Source: an uncultured virus (IMG/VR IMGVR_UViG_3300014910_000001) (lineage: Duplodnaviria > Heunggongvirae > Uroviricota > Caudoviricetes). Taken from it: 64,000 bases of DNA. Below, piece by piece: positions 9,580 to 18,795 of the stretch. The stretch's first letter is position 1, and each line of letters begins with the position of its first letter. The stretch is from the IMG/VR virus record IMGVR_UViG_3300014910_000001; one strand, written 5' to 3'. Made by a program: the position numbers and the translations under genes. A model generated the notes under the pieces. That model was not told where the DNA came from. It searched no databases and worked only from the letters and a program-made list of their open reading frames with translations.

Positions 9580-9818
9580 CATAACGGCGAGGACACTGAA
9601 AGGTGACTTTAATGAACACCTGGTGCGTGGTTGCTCAGTGTTCTCGACCGTTGTGGTGATCGCTTTAACACACCGTAGGAGTTGTGGATCCGGAATCCAC
9701 GGGGCGAAAGCCTTGCCTGTGAATTAACACGGGCGGTCAGCGATGGGCTGCGAAAGCAAAGCGGGTTTAAGTCCCGCCTCATTGAACAATCGCGCTAACG
9801 GAAAACGATCACTACAAC
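9580..9818 (+). ncRNA. RNase III-like stem followed by ~170-nt structured RNA
   Basis: CATAACGGCGAGGACACTGA pairs with TCAGTGTTCTCGACCGTTGTG; closing helix GTTGTGGTGATCG/CGATCACTACAAC; GAAA tetraloop hairpins; T-loop-like GCGGG-TTTAAGT-CCCGC. Confidence 0.55.
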
Positions 9819-9844
9819 CCCATTCCCCCACGGCAGGATGCGAT

Positions 9845-9973
9845 ATGTCGTTATCAGAGTTTGCTGCAGAGCACCCGTTCCTCACCGTGATTTATGCGCT
9901 GGTGGCCATTTATGCCATCGAGACGTTCATTAAGGCAGTAAGAGGCGGCAGGAAGAAGCAGCGCCGCAAATAG
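9845..9973 (+). CDS. 42-aa membrane peptide with basic tail
   Basis: AGGA RBS; MSLSEFAAEHPFLTVIYALVAIYAIETFIKAVRGGRKKQRRK. Confidence 0.55.
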   Translation: MSLSEFAAEHPFLTVIYALVAIYAIETFIKAVRGGRKKQRRK

Positions 9974-9980
9974 AGCACAC

Positions 9981-10190
9981 CAACAGGAAAGAGCATTGAT
10001 GCTTTGCGCAAAGCGCCATTGGACTAGGAATGGTCAGTGCTCTATCCGTTGTGGTGCATTCGCAGTTGCTGCTGCGATCGCAAGACTGGCCCCCGCTTCT
10101 TCAGTCGCGTACACAGGGGTTAAAGCCGCCAGTAACCAGGTTGACCAGTCACTTGAGAGGTTACTTGCCGGGTATGGCACCGGCCACCAC
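9981..10190 (+). ncRNA. RNase III-like stem followed by tRNA-shaped RNA
   Basis: CAACAGGAAAGAGCATTGA pairs with TCAGTGCTCTATCCGTTG; acceptor-like GTGGTG/CACCAC stacked on hairpin GCCGG-GTATGGCA-CCGGC. Confidence 0.55.
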
Positions 10191-10386
10191 TAACGCTTAA
10201 TACGAGAAATCAGGCATCATCAGGGTAAGACAGTCAGCTAATCCGGACGTAATGCGCATGAGTGACAGCACCTACACAAAGACCATCAGAGCTATGCAGT
10301 TTGCCATGTTTCACTGCCTGCTTAATGCCGGACTGTTTGCCGGTCATAAATGGCTTATCGCGCAGCTGATGACAGCCTGAGACAGG

Positions 10387-10523
10387 ACAACAGGTAAGAG
10401 CGCCTGTAACGTGCTTTTATCGTTGTGTTGTCGCTTAACGGAAGCAACCGCCGTTCCATGTAATAGCCGTTAGGCCTGATGGGGACAGACGGACGGTAGC
10501 CGGTTCGAATCCGGGCAGCACAA
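10387..10523 (+). ncRNA. RNase III-like stem followed by tRNA-like RNA with extended anticodon arm
   Basis: Acceptor TGTGTTG/CAGCACA, D arm GCTT-AACGG-AAGC, T arm CCGG-TTCGAAT-CCGG, ~50-nt arm in anticodon position, no CCA. Confidence 0.6.
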
Positions 10524-10668
10524 TGTCATTACAGCCAACTGGCCACGCGCCGGCGCAGGCGCAGGCTTCAAATTATCGCCGTGCGTGTCCCACGCCGGAC
10601 TTAACCAGGTGAACTTTAATCACCGGCACCTGCCGGGGATTCTGCACGCCTGCAGGAAGAGAAAACGC

Positions 10669-10917
10669 ATGAAAAAGATCGCACTGATGGGCGCATTGAT
10701 GGGAAGTCTCAGCTGAGTAGCCCGCCGTCCGCCAACCGTTCCCGTGCCGCAGGTAAGAACATTGCTGGTGGGCGATACCCGGCCACCGGCGCAGGAAGAG
10801 ATCGAACAGGGAATACGTCGTTTGGCCACAAGCATTGCAAAAGCACAGCAGCACTGGGCCGCAGAGAAGAAACGCAGATATACAGCGCAGAAGCGCAAAC
10901 AGAAACGAGGCTACTGA
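10669..10917 (+). pseudogene. Small basic protein gene with in-frame TGA at 10714-10716
   Basis: RBS AGGAAGAG, MKKIALMGALMGSLS*VARRPP...AQKRKQKRGY; frame continues to abut the next gene. Confidence 0.5.
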
Positions 10918-10919
10918 TA

Positions 10920-11504
10920 ATGATGACCGCTCAACAATTAAATGCCACGATCGCTATGTTCGCAGACGCCGAAGCTGACTACGCAGGCGACTATATGGCA
11001 CTTCTGGCGGTTATTGCACGTCTTGGATACACCATTACAGAGACGTCCGAGACCAAAAACACCGGATATGCCGCCGTTATCAGTAAAAGCGGCCTGACAA
11101 TGACCGGTTATGGCGAAACCCTGAACCACGCCGCCTGTGTCGCGCTGATTAAGTTGAACGGTCTGATCCTGCAAAATGAAGCGATGATTGAGAAGGGCGA
11201 ACTGAATTTCAGGCAGGAGCATGCACCGCTGGCCGTGGCACAACTATGGCTATCTGAAGGCTGTAAGGTGGCACGGGAAACATGGGGGAAGGGAGTTTAT
11301 CTCCGACTCAACAGAGGCATGATGCGCGCCGCGCTGATGGGAACAGACATGTACGGCGTACCGGCACGTTACTTTGACTGCAATCCGGAGGCTACTGTCA
11401 CGCAGATGCCTCAGCTTCTGCTCGTTGACGCAGAACAGCTGACTGTCTCTGACTGGGCGCCTGCTTCTACCGATATTCTCGCAAGCGACTGGAAGTTGGT
11501 GTAA
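10920..11504 (+). CDS. Phage ABA-sandwich-like domain fused to DUF2829/Tad2-like domain
   Basis: N-term DYAGDYMALLAVIARLG...GETLNHAACVALI; C-term EGCKVARETWGKG...WAPASTDILASDW. Confidence 0.7.
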   Translation: MMTAQQLNATIAMFADAEADYAGDYMALLAVIARLGYTITETSETKNTGYAAVISKSGLTMTGYGETLNHAACVALIKLNGLILQNEAMIEKGELNFRQEHAPLAVAQLWLSEGCKVARETWGKGVYLRLNRGMMRAALMGTDMYGVPARYFDCNPEATVTQMPQLLLVDAEQLTVSDWAPASTDILASDWKLV

Positions 11505-11912
11505 TGAAAATCAGTAGTCTGGACGTGACATAGTAACTTTCTGGTCCAGTAGTAAGCCGCTACCCTGATACACGATCGCCGGATGAATACCCTCGTCCGG
11601 CACCGGCAACACACTGCACATCGTTCAAACTCTAAGTAACATATCCAGTTTACCCGTGATAATACCGCGCATCTCTATAACTTATAGTGGATCTATCAAA
11701 GGCCGGTAAGAGTACTGGAGTACACTGCCAGTACTGCGATCGTCACGTCCGGATAAAGCCCACCAGCCAGTTTAGCCATACGCCTGTCTTAGCCTGAATC
11801 ATCCTGAAAACCCATTCATACCTGCTAATAATGGCGATATTTACATCGTTCGCACTTGCTCGGATTACACAATCCTTAGAATTGCTTGTAGTCAATTCAA
11901 GCGGAGCAGTAC

Positions 11913-12320
11913 ATGGACCAAAAGGTGAGCAGTATAGAGGTAGCCGATCTGTTAATACGCAGACGGGACTACATGACAGTGGCCGAAGTCACTAAGCTGG
12001 TGGAAACTGAATACCCGCACTTAGTGGTGAATACCGGCATTATCTCCAATATCCTGCGCTCCTTTGTTCGTTCGCCGTTCGCACAATGCCGGGTACATCC
12101 CGACGCCTATCCCCGCCAGTATCGGCTGGAGGCCATGAACGGCTATATCTTCAAGGTGCGCGGAAGAAAGGATCTCAATTACGGTTCGCTGTGTGTGGAA
12201 AGCGCCACGAAGCAGGTTCTACAGAAAAAGGAAATGGAGCAAATGTCGGTGTGCGCAATGGCAAGGGAACTGATGGATATGTGCAGAAGGGGGAGAATAG
12301 AGAATGCCCCGCTCATGTGA
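11913..12320 (+). CDS. lpa: Late promoter activator
   Basis: SSIEVADLLIR...EYPHL..PRQYRL..MARELM resembles P1 Lpa; operator-like CCTTAGAATTGC at 11874-11885; near pacA. Confidence 0.8.
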   Translation: MDQKVSSIEVADLLIRRRDYMTVAEVTKLVETEYPHLVVNTGIISNILRSFVRSPFAQCRVHPDAYPRQYRLEAMNGYIFKVRGRKDLNYGSLCVESATKQVLQKKEMEQMSVCAMARELMDMCRRGRIENAPLM

Positions 12321-12341
12321 ACGGGGCTGGGATAATCATGA

Positions 12342-12881
12342 CTATCCGGCGTTCTTTTTGCTAGCCTGAAGTAGGTTACGTGCTTTACCTGCTTTGGCCA
12401 TTGACGGACCGCCCCATGCCTGTGGCTTATCATCTTCGTCCGAAGACTCCGATGAACTCCGGGCAGGAGCCGCGACAGGCTGCTCAGGCTCACTGGCAGT
12501 AGCTACCGGCTCAGCAGGCAGGGCTTCTGCTGCTGGTGGCACTACTGACTCTGGCATAGCCTGTTCCGCCGCTGGTGGCGCTGACGGAGCAGCAGCAACG
12601 GGCACGCCAGCACTTTCACCTAACAGGGCGCTAATCATGGTAAGCAGACGCTGCAGGCGCTCACGCTCGGACATTTTCAGGAACTTCTTGCCGTCCGTTG
12701 TCTGCAACAGCTCGATGACGGGACTTAAGCCCATTTCATCCAGCGCGTAGCCACTGCGTACCAGACGCACCAGGTAGCTGCGCTTGGCTGCATTGGTCTG
12801 CAACCGGTTATATTCATTTAGAGCAGCGCCGGTCAGTAGCCCGTCGTCCTCCAGCCCGCTTAATCTTAATACCTGACTCAT
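12342..12881 (-). CDS. ParR/StbB-like centromere-binding adaptor
   Basis: Directly downstream of parM; folded N-terminus plus A/P-rich disordered tail. Confidence 0.6.
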   Translation of the reverse strand: MSQVLRLSGLEDDGLLTGAALNEYNRLQTNAAKRSYLVRLVRSGYALDEMGLSPVIELLQTTDGKKFLKMSERERLQRLLTMISALLGESAGVPVAAAPSAPPAAEQAMPESVVPPAAEALPAEPVATASEPEQPVAAPARSSSESSDEDDKPQAWGGPSMAKAGKARNLLQASKKNAG

Positions 12882-12883
12882 AG

Positions 12884-14008
12884 TTAACCTTTATCGCTGG
12901 CGCGGCTTTTAATGTCGCTTACGGTCGCCGTTTCTTTGATCGTGTCACGTAGCTCTTCTTCTGATGACATAAGCGCCATGAATACGCCACGCGCAATGGA
13001 AAGCTCTGGCTGTGCCGGGATGATGACCATATCGTGCCAGTCAGCTGTATGGTCACTCAGGCCTGCCTGACGGCCTGCCAGATAGTTAGCACCGCCACCC
13101 ACAACCAGAACAGCGTCAAGGGCGATTACGTTGCGCAGCAGAGAGCGTACGTCACGCCAGATTTCAGACGCCAGTTCACCTGCTGCCTGATCGATAACGC
13201 TGGTTACGTCGATACGCTTGTCTTTGGCTGCTTCCATACGGGAGCCGATGTAACCCTGACGGATTATGTCGTCCACGATACCAACCGGGATTTCTTCTGC
13301 GTTGAATGAGCGGCCAGAACTCTTTTCAAACTCCTGCAGCAGCACCAGAACACGGTTAATCATCTTCTGAATGCCATGCTCAAAGCTGGCCTTTTTAATT
13401 GGCACCAGCTCTTCATCCACGATAGCGATATCACAGGTGAATCTGCCGATATCAATCACCAGAATGGTCTGTGCCTGCTCCAGGTCAGGAAATTCGGACT
13501 GCGCGGCCAGAATCGCCGGTACAGCTTCCGGGAAGACCTCAACGTGTTTGATGCGCACCGGAGCAACGTCGCCGCTGTAGTTGCGCACAGGCTTTTTTAG
13601 GCTTTCAACTTTGCGGTTGATGCGGTCCTGATTGATAACGCCGGTGCCGCTGTAGAACTGTCCGATTGGTAGGGTTTCACCCAGGATGACGTCGCAATCC
13701 ACGATGCCAGCACGTTTCAGGCATTCATGAACCAGCACGCGGTGTGGAGCGGAAATCTGGTAGTCCGGGTCGCAGGTGTCGTACAGGTCAGTAAAGCCCT
13801 TTTTCACGACGGTATAGGCTGCTTCATTCCCGTTGCCGTTTTCGGTAAACCAGGTAGATGACGCATTGTTTGAATAGGACTGCTGGTGGCCTTCATGAAC
13901 CAGCGACGGGGTGATAAGGGAAAGCCATTGGCCTTTTTCCTCATAGGCAATCGTTACATTGCCTGAACCCGCATCTACAGCTACTAAAACAGCTTTCTTA
14001 TTAGTCAT
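12884..14008 (-). CDS. parM: ParM/StbA actin-like partition ATPase
   Basis: VDAGSGNV, FPEAVPA, IDIGRFTCD, VGGGA actin-fold motifs. Confidence 0.9.
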   Translation of the reverse strand: MTNKKAVLVAVDAGSGNVTIAYEEKGQWLSLITPSLVHEGHQQSYSNNASSTWFTENGNGNEAAYTVVKKGFTDLYDTCDPDYQISAPHRVLVHECLKRAGIVDCDVILGETLPIGQFYSGTGVINQDRINRKVESLKKPVRNYSGDVAPVRIKHVEVFPEAVPAILAAQSEFPDLEQAQTILVIDIGRFTCDIAIVDEELVPIKKASFEHGIQKMINRVLVLLQEFEKSSGRSFNAEEIPVGIVDDIIRQGYIGSRMEAAKDKRIDVTSVIDQAAGELASEIWRDVRSLLRNVIALDAVLVVGGGANYLAGRQAGLSDHTADWHDMVIIPAQPELSIARGVFMALMSSEEELRDTIKETATVSDIKSRASDKG

Positions 14009-14138
14009 TTAAATTATCCAGTGGTTTATTTCGTACTTTGATTGAGATTCAAAAGTACCACTAATTTTAAAAAAATGACACTTAAACGGTAACTTTCCAG
14101 CTCGTTTGTGTAGTCCCTGATCATTATTGTGATCACTG

Positions 14139-14160
14139 CAAATTACAGACTCCATACCAT
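14139..14160 (+). promoter_or_regulatory. Late (Lpa-type) promoter of pac operon
   Basis: CAAATTACAGAC..TACCAT; same layout as 40211, 51908, 55125. Confidence 0.55.
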
Positions 14161-14193
14161 CCCGGTTTATTGGCCTTTTTTGAACGATAAACC

Positions 14194-15468
14194 ATGTCCA
14201 AAGTTAACTGGGATGACCACAGAAAAGCCTTCATCGAGCAGAAGGCGCAGAGCGGGATAACCGTCAAAGAGTACTGTGAGCACTACGGTCTGCCGTTTAA
14301 CACCGCACGCCGGGAGCTGAACGGCAAGGCGCTGGCCGCAATGAGTGATCAGGCTGGTGATCACAATCATGATCATTCGAGTGATCACGCTTCTGATCAT
14401 CAAAATGATCACACCAGAAAAGAAGACCTGATCATCCGCCGAAAAGGGCGAAAAGTCAGGCACAGCGAGGCTTTAGAGGGTGTGCTGGAACCACGCGCTG
14501 ACACAGCAGCGCAGCCTGGCGCGAAGAAAAAGCCCAATGCTTCACATGCCAAAAAGATCATAAATGCCGGTGATCAGGATTCCGGGCGCCCGAAGCACAT
14601 CCCTAAGCCCCGTGGGGAAGGTAAACCCTTTGAGGATGGGCATGAAACTAAGCTGGTGGCCAACCGGCGCGGCTACCCGCGGCCGGAAGATTATGAAGCG
14701 GCTTTAGAGGTGCTGGGCGAGGGCGTGGAGGCCAGCGCCATGACGGTGCTGTTTGACTCGCTGGCCCACATGGACCTGCTGAAGCGCACCACGGCGCGGG
14801 CGGTAGAGCTGTTTGAGCTCGAAGCCGACAACCTGGAGAACGGTGGCAAAAAGGGTGATGACGAGGGCGGCGGCGGGCCTCACCCTATCCTGAAAATGAC
14901 CAAGCTGATGATTGAAGTCGGCTATCTGGTTAATGACCACGCTACGCGGGTGGCGGCGATCGCCAGCGGTACTGATAAGAACAGGCGCGACAATGAGAAG
15001 CACGCATTGACGCATAACGCCGGTGAGGTGATCAGCCGTGCCTACCAGCTGCGCGAAGAAAAGGACTGGGACTTACTGCAGACGGCAGAGTACATCGAGC
15101 GGCACGGTATCAAGCTGCCGGAGTCGCTGTCCAGACGCCTTGAGAACGAGCTCAAGAACGCCGAGCCGCCAGTTGATGAAACCGGGGCGGTTACTGAAGA
15201 CCAGCTGGACCGGGATGCGAGGAAGTTCCGCGAGCAGCAGGCCACCAGCGCAGCCTTTGTAGAGGAACGTCGTGCAGCAGTCGCGGCGCTGGTGGATGGC
15301 GGTGGATTCGGTGACGTTCAGGCAGACGGAGAGAACCGCGCCGGCGAAACAGCGGGCGAGGGTAATCTCAATGGCAACTTTGACTACATGGCCACGGCGG
15401 AGCTGTACGGAGACGATGACGATATCCCGCCTGATATAGACGTCATACAAGGCGAGGATGAAGCCTGA
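14194..15468 (+). CDS. pacA: Terminase small subunit
   Basis: N-terminal HTH (ITVKEYCEHYGLPFNTARREL), internal pac repeats, precedes pacB. Confidence 0.9.
   Translation: MSKVNWDDHRKAFIEQKAQSGITVKEYCEHYGLPFNTARRELNGKALAAMSDQAGDHNHDHSSDHASDHQNDHTRKEDLIIRRKGRKVRHSEALEGVLEPRADTAAQPGAKKKPNASHAKKIINAGDQDSGRPKHIPKPRGEGKPFEDGHETKLVANRRGYPRPEDYEAALEVLGEGVEASAMTVLFDSLAHMDLLKRTTARAVELFELEADNLENGGKKGDDEGGGGPHPILKMTKLMIEVGYLVNDHATRVAAIASGTDKNRRDNEKHALTHNAGEVISRAYQLREEKDWDLLQTAEYIERHGIKLPESLSRRLENELKNAEPPVDETGAVTEDQLDRDARKFREQQATSAAFVEERRAAVAALVDGGGFGDVQADGENRAGETAGEGNLNGNFDYMATAELYGDDDDIPPDIDVIQGEDEA
14345..14580. repeat. pac site: clustered TGATCA hexamers inside pacA
   Basis: Six TGATCA in 14345-14412, another near 14429 and a second GATCA group at 14555-14577, as in the Dam-dependent P1 pac site. 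Confidence 0.85.
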
Positions 15469-16979
15469 TGGGTGGCCAGAAGCGAATTAAGAGCGTCACC
15501 ACGGACCCGCGCTGGCGCGATATGGTTATCCGGTACCGCTATAACTGGGCGCTGGCCGTCGTTGAGCTGTTTGGCATGATCCCCACCTGGCAACAGGAAG
15601 AGATCATGAACTCCGTACAGGAGACCGGTAGCCAGACTACCGTAACGTCCGGACACGGTACCGGTAAATCATCCCTGACGGCCATGATGCTGCTTATCTA
15701 CATGATCATGTATCCGGATGCCCGCGTAATCATCGTGGCCAACAAAATCGGGCAGGTTAAGACCGGCGTATTCAAGTATGTGAAAACCTACTGGGCGAAC
15801 GCCGCCAGACGTCACCCGTGGCTTCAGAACTACTTCACCCTGACCGATACCATGTTTTATGAGAAGTCGCGTAAGGGCATCTGGGAGGTGCTCTGTAAGG
15901 GCTATCGTCTGGGTAATGAGGAAGCGCTGGCCGGTGAGCACGCCGCGCACATCCTGCTCATCCTGGATGAAGCATCGGGTATCTCTGATAAAGCTATCGC
16001 CATCATGCGTGGTGCGCTGACAGAAGACGATAACCGCATGCTGATGATGTCGCAGCCTACTCGCCCCAGTGGTTACTTCTATGACTCGCACCATTCTTTA
16101 GCCAGACACCCGGATAACCCTAACGGCTTCTGGAATGCCATTGTGCTCAACTCCGAAGAAGCGCCGCACGTAACCCTGAAGTTCATCCGGGAGAAGCTGG
16201 TGGAGTACGGCGGGCGTGATTCACTGGAATACATGGTGAAGGTGCTGGGCCGCTTCCCGCGTAACGTCAGCGGCTATCTGCTGGGACGTGACGAGTGCGA
16301 TCGCGCAGCGCGCCGGAAAGTGTATCTGGAGAAGGGCTGGGGATGGGTGGCCACCGCCGACGTCGGTAACGGGCGCGATAAGTCGATACTCAATATCTGT
16401 AAGGTATCTGGCTACGGTGATGCCCGCCGTGTCGTGTCGTTTAAGCTGGTGGAAATGCCAGGCACAATGGATCCGATCTCGTTCGGTGACTATATAGCCA
16501 ACGAATGCACGCAGGAGCGCTATCCGGGCATTACGATTGCCGTGGACGGAGACGGCGTGGGATCGGGTACGCTTAAGCAGCTGGAGCGCCGGGGCGTTAA
16601 CGCAGTCAGTATTCGCTGGGGCCAGCCGCCATTCAGTAAGAAGGTGAGGGAGCGCTTTAAGAACCAGCGCGCCTGGTCGAACATCATGGCTGCTGACGCG
16701 ATCCGGTCGGGCCGTATGCGCATTGATATCTCGCAGCACACGGCAGAGCAGGCTTCAAAAATTCCGTACTTTATGGATGAAATGGGGCGGATTATGATGG
16801 TGCCTAAGCCGCAGATGCGCCAGAAACTTAACATCAAGTCGCCTGACCGCTGGGATACCTACTGCTTCATCTTCCTGATTGGCTACCGTCCGGCAGAGGC
16901 CGAACTGAGCGAAGATATGGCTGACTTCACACAGAGCAAGCTGGATGAGCTGTCAGAGCTGGATGCGTTGCTGACCTGA
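15468..16979 (+). CDS. pacB: Terminase large subunit
   Basis: SGHGTGKS Walker A, ILDEA Walker B, SPDRWD nuclease motif. Confidence 0.95.
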   Translation: MGGQKRIKSVTTDPRWRDMVIRYRYNWALAVVELFGMIPTWQQEEIMNSVQETGSQTTVTSGHGTGKSSLTAMMLLIYMIMYPDARVIIVANKIGQVKTGVFKYVKTYWANAARRHPWLQNYFTLTDTMFYEKSRKGIWEVLCKGYRLGNEEALAGEHAAHILLILDEASGISDKAIAIMRGALTEDDNRMLMMSQPTRPSGYFYDSHHSLARHPDNPNGFWNAIVLNSEEAPHVTLKFIREKLVEYGGRDSLEYMVKVLGRFPRNVSGYLLGRDECDRAARRKVYLEKGWGWVATADVGNGRDKSILNICKVSGYGDARRVVSFKLVEMPGTMDPISFGDYIANECTQERYPGITIAVDGDGVGSGTLKQLERRGVNAVSIRWGQPPFSKKVRERFKNQRAWSNIMAADAIRSGRMRIDISQHTAEQASKIPYFMDEMGRIMMVPKPQMRQKLNIKSPDRWDTYCFIFLIGYRPAEAELSEDMADFTQSKLDELSELDALLT

Positions 16980-17047
16980 CCACCAGCGGGCAACCACTAT
17001 AGTCAGTAGCTGCTTAACAACCAGGCGAAACGGCAGATTAACGGCAA

Positions 17048-17075
17048 TAAAAAAGGGCGCTTATGCGCCCTTCTG
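17048..17075. terminator. Terminator between convergent pacB and c1
   Basis: A-run AAGGGCGC-TTAT-GCGCCCTT. Confidence 0.75.
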
Positions 17076-17102
17076 TTCTCACTGCTGGTGGCAGGATACT
17101 GA

Positions 17103-18185
17103 TTATTCTTGGTCCTGCTTTTTCTGATTGCTTTCTAACTCACGCAGCAGAGTGTACATATTGCGCATGTTTTTACCGGCGCGAGGCTCTTCACCGCCGT
17201 AACGCTTACGGATTTCCGGCATAGTCAGCTGCTCTGTATCACCAGCTGCTACCTTCTTATCCAGTAGCGCCCAGTCATAGGCCTCCAGCTTCTCCAGCAG
17301 GTCACGGTTTTCGTCGATTTCAGCCTTAAACAGACGCGCTTCCTGTGCGTCTTTTGCCTTCGCAATCTTGGCCTTTGCCCGGTTTTCAAACTGAGCACGG
17401 CGTGTGTTTACCGTGTATGCAACCGAAGACCGCTGCGCAGCCAGAGTTTTGCTGTATTCCACGTCTTCCATCGTGTACAGCTTGGCATTCGGCAGTACTG
17501 AGCATGTTATAGGAGAGATCGCATCATAAGAGGACGTGTAACCGCCGTTGCTGTTAACGTTCAGCTTAATGTCGCGCTCTTTATTCAGGTTGTCGCCGTA
17601 GATAAGCATGCCGTGCGCGCCATACCGGAACGATTCACCTTCGTCTTTCTTGTCGTCGGTGTAACGCGCCGTTACCTGAATGTCAGAGTAGTTGCTGGTG
17701 CGTGCGCGGTACATTGCGCCAGGCGCGGCCTCTTCAAATACCTTTTTCTCATCTTCCAGCGACATTATGGCACCAGCAGCAAACGGAACCTTGCGCAACT
17801 TGCCGATCTGCTTCTCATAACGTCTGAGAATATCTTCGCGTGTGTGGTTCGCTGTCGCAGTGGCGCGGAAGCGGTTAATGGTGACGTGCTTAGGATTAAC
17901 TATCAGGGTCGGAACTGGAAGATAGAGGTTCGTGGTGATAGCGATTGAACGCGCTTTACGTTTCTCTTCTGCCAGGTCAGCAAAACTCTGCCAATCGGCC
18001 AGCAGGTGCTCGGCGCGCTGGAAGGCTTTCTTGTCAGTGATAAACCCGATTGGACGGCATTCTTCACCCAAGGCGTTTTTATCAATGAAAATCTGGTGGT
18101 CCGTAATGAGAGTTAGCCACTCGGATTGTACCTGTAGAAAATGTTTATAACGTTTCTCAAATTCTACATCGCTGAAGTTAGGCAT
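17103..18185 (-). CDS. c1: C1 primary repressor
   Basis: LYLPVPTL and SYDAISPITCSVLPNAKLY resemble P1 C1; convergent with pacB and divergent from cre; operator-like site 18281-18292. Confidence 0.85.
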   Translation of the reverse strand: MPNFSDVEFEKRYKHFLQVQSEWLTLITDHQIFIDKNALGEECRPIGFITDKKAFQRAEHLLADWQSFADLAEEKRKARSIAITTNLYLPVPTLIVNPKHVTINRFRATATANHTREDILRRYEKQIGKLRKVPFAAGAIMSLEDEKKVFEEAAPGAMYRARTSNYSDIQVTARYTDDKKDEGESFRYGAHGMLIYGDNLNKERDIKLNVNSNGGYTSSYDAISPITCSVLPNAKLYTMEDVEYSKTLAAQRSSVAYTVNTRRAQFENRAKAKIAKAKDAQEARLFKAEIDENRDLLEKLEAYDWALLDKKVAAGDTEQLTMPEIRKRYGGEEPRAGKNMRNMYTLLRELESNQKKQDQE

Positions 18186-18571
18186 AATGTATTCCAAAAA
18201 TATTAATGAGCGGTACAAGCCTCTCTGGACTTAATGCAGGCGAATATAGACAGAATCAGTAGCCATGTAAAATTAACTCTCCTTAGAATTGCAATAATAA
18301 GAATAGTCTGCATTGTGCATCTGTCAGATATTTCCGCTGTACACGCTTATCAATGAAACTGTGTGTTCAGGGTTGTGTAACTATTACCAGGCGCAACGCG
18401 CTCAGGGCAATAGCCTCAACTGATAATAGTAACTGTTTGCAATCAAATTGAATGCCAAATGATCATATATGAAGGCATGCTTGCGATCACGAACAATAGC
18501 GTAACGAATTTGCAAATTTTTCGATTTAGCTACTCTCTAGGCCAGCATCCACCCGATAAGTTCCAAAAAAT

Positions 18572-18605
18572 GAAACTTTAAATAATAAGCCTTATATAAA
18601 GTTTC
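18572..18605. other. lox-type recombination site (pox-like)
   Basis: GAAACTTTAAATA-ATAAGCCT-TATATAAAGTTTC, 13-8-13 layout with one arm mismatch, ~190 bp upstream of cre. Confidence 0.9.
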
Positions 18606-18795
18606 CCCTGTTTCATGTATGCTTGATCAGTGGTTGATGATCAAATGATCAGATTAGCGAGGCCGCAGGCAAACTGTGTACTTTGTGAGCGGTTTTGCAT
18701 CAGGCGTCGCTACGTGAAATCTGACGTATCATACCCCTGCTGTTTTCGTAGATTTCGCGTAGCGTTGTCTCTGTGATTTGGGATGAAATATATAA

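Noticed and set aside
9146..9820. Group I/II intron, RNase P RNA or tmRNA
   Set aside because: Could not find their conserved core sequences by eye
10258..10380. 40-codon ORF within the RNA array
   Set aside because: No convincing RBS or recognisable features
9580..10427. Repeated stems as a CRISPR-like array
   Set aside because: Copies are diverged, long and irregularly spaced; treated as processing stems
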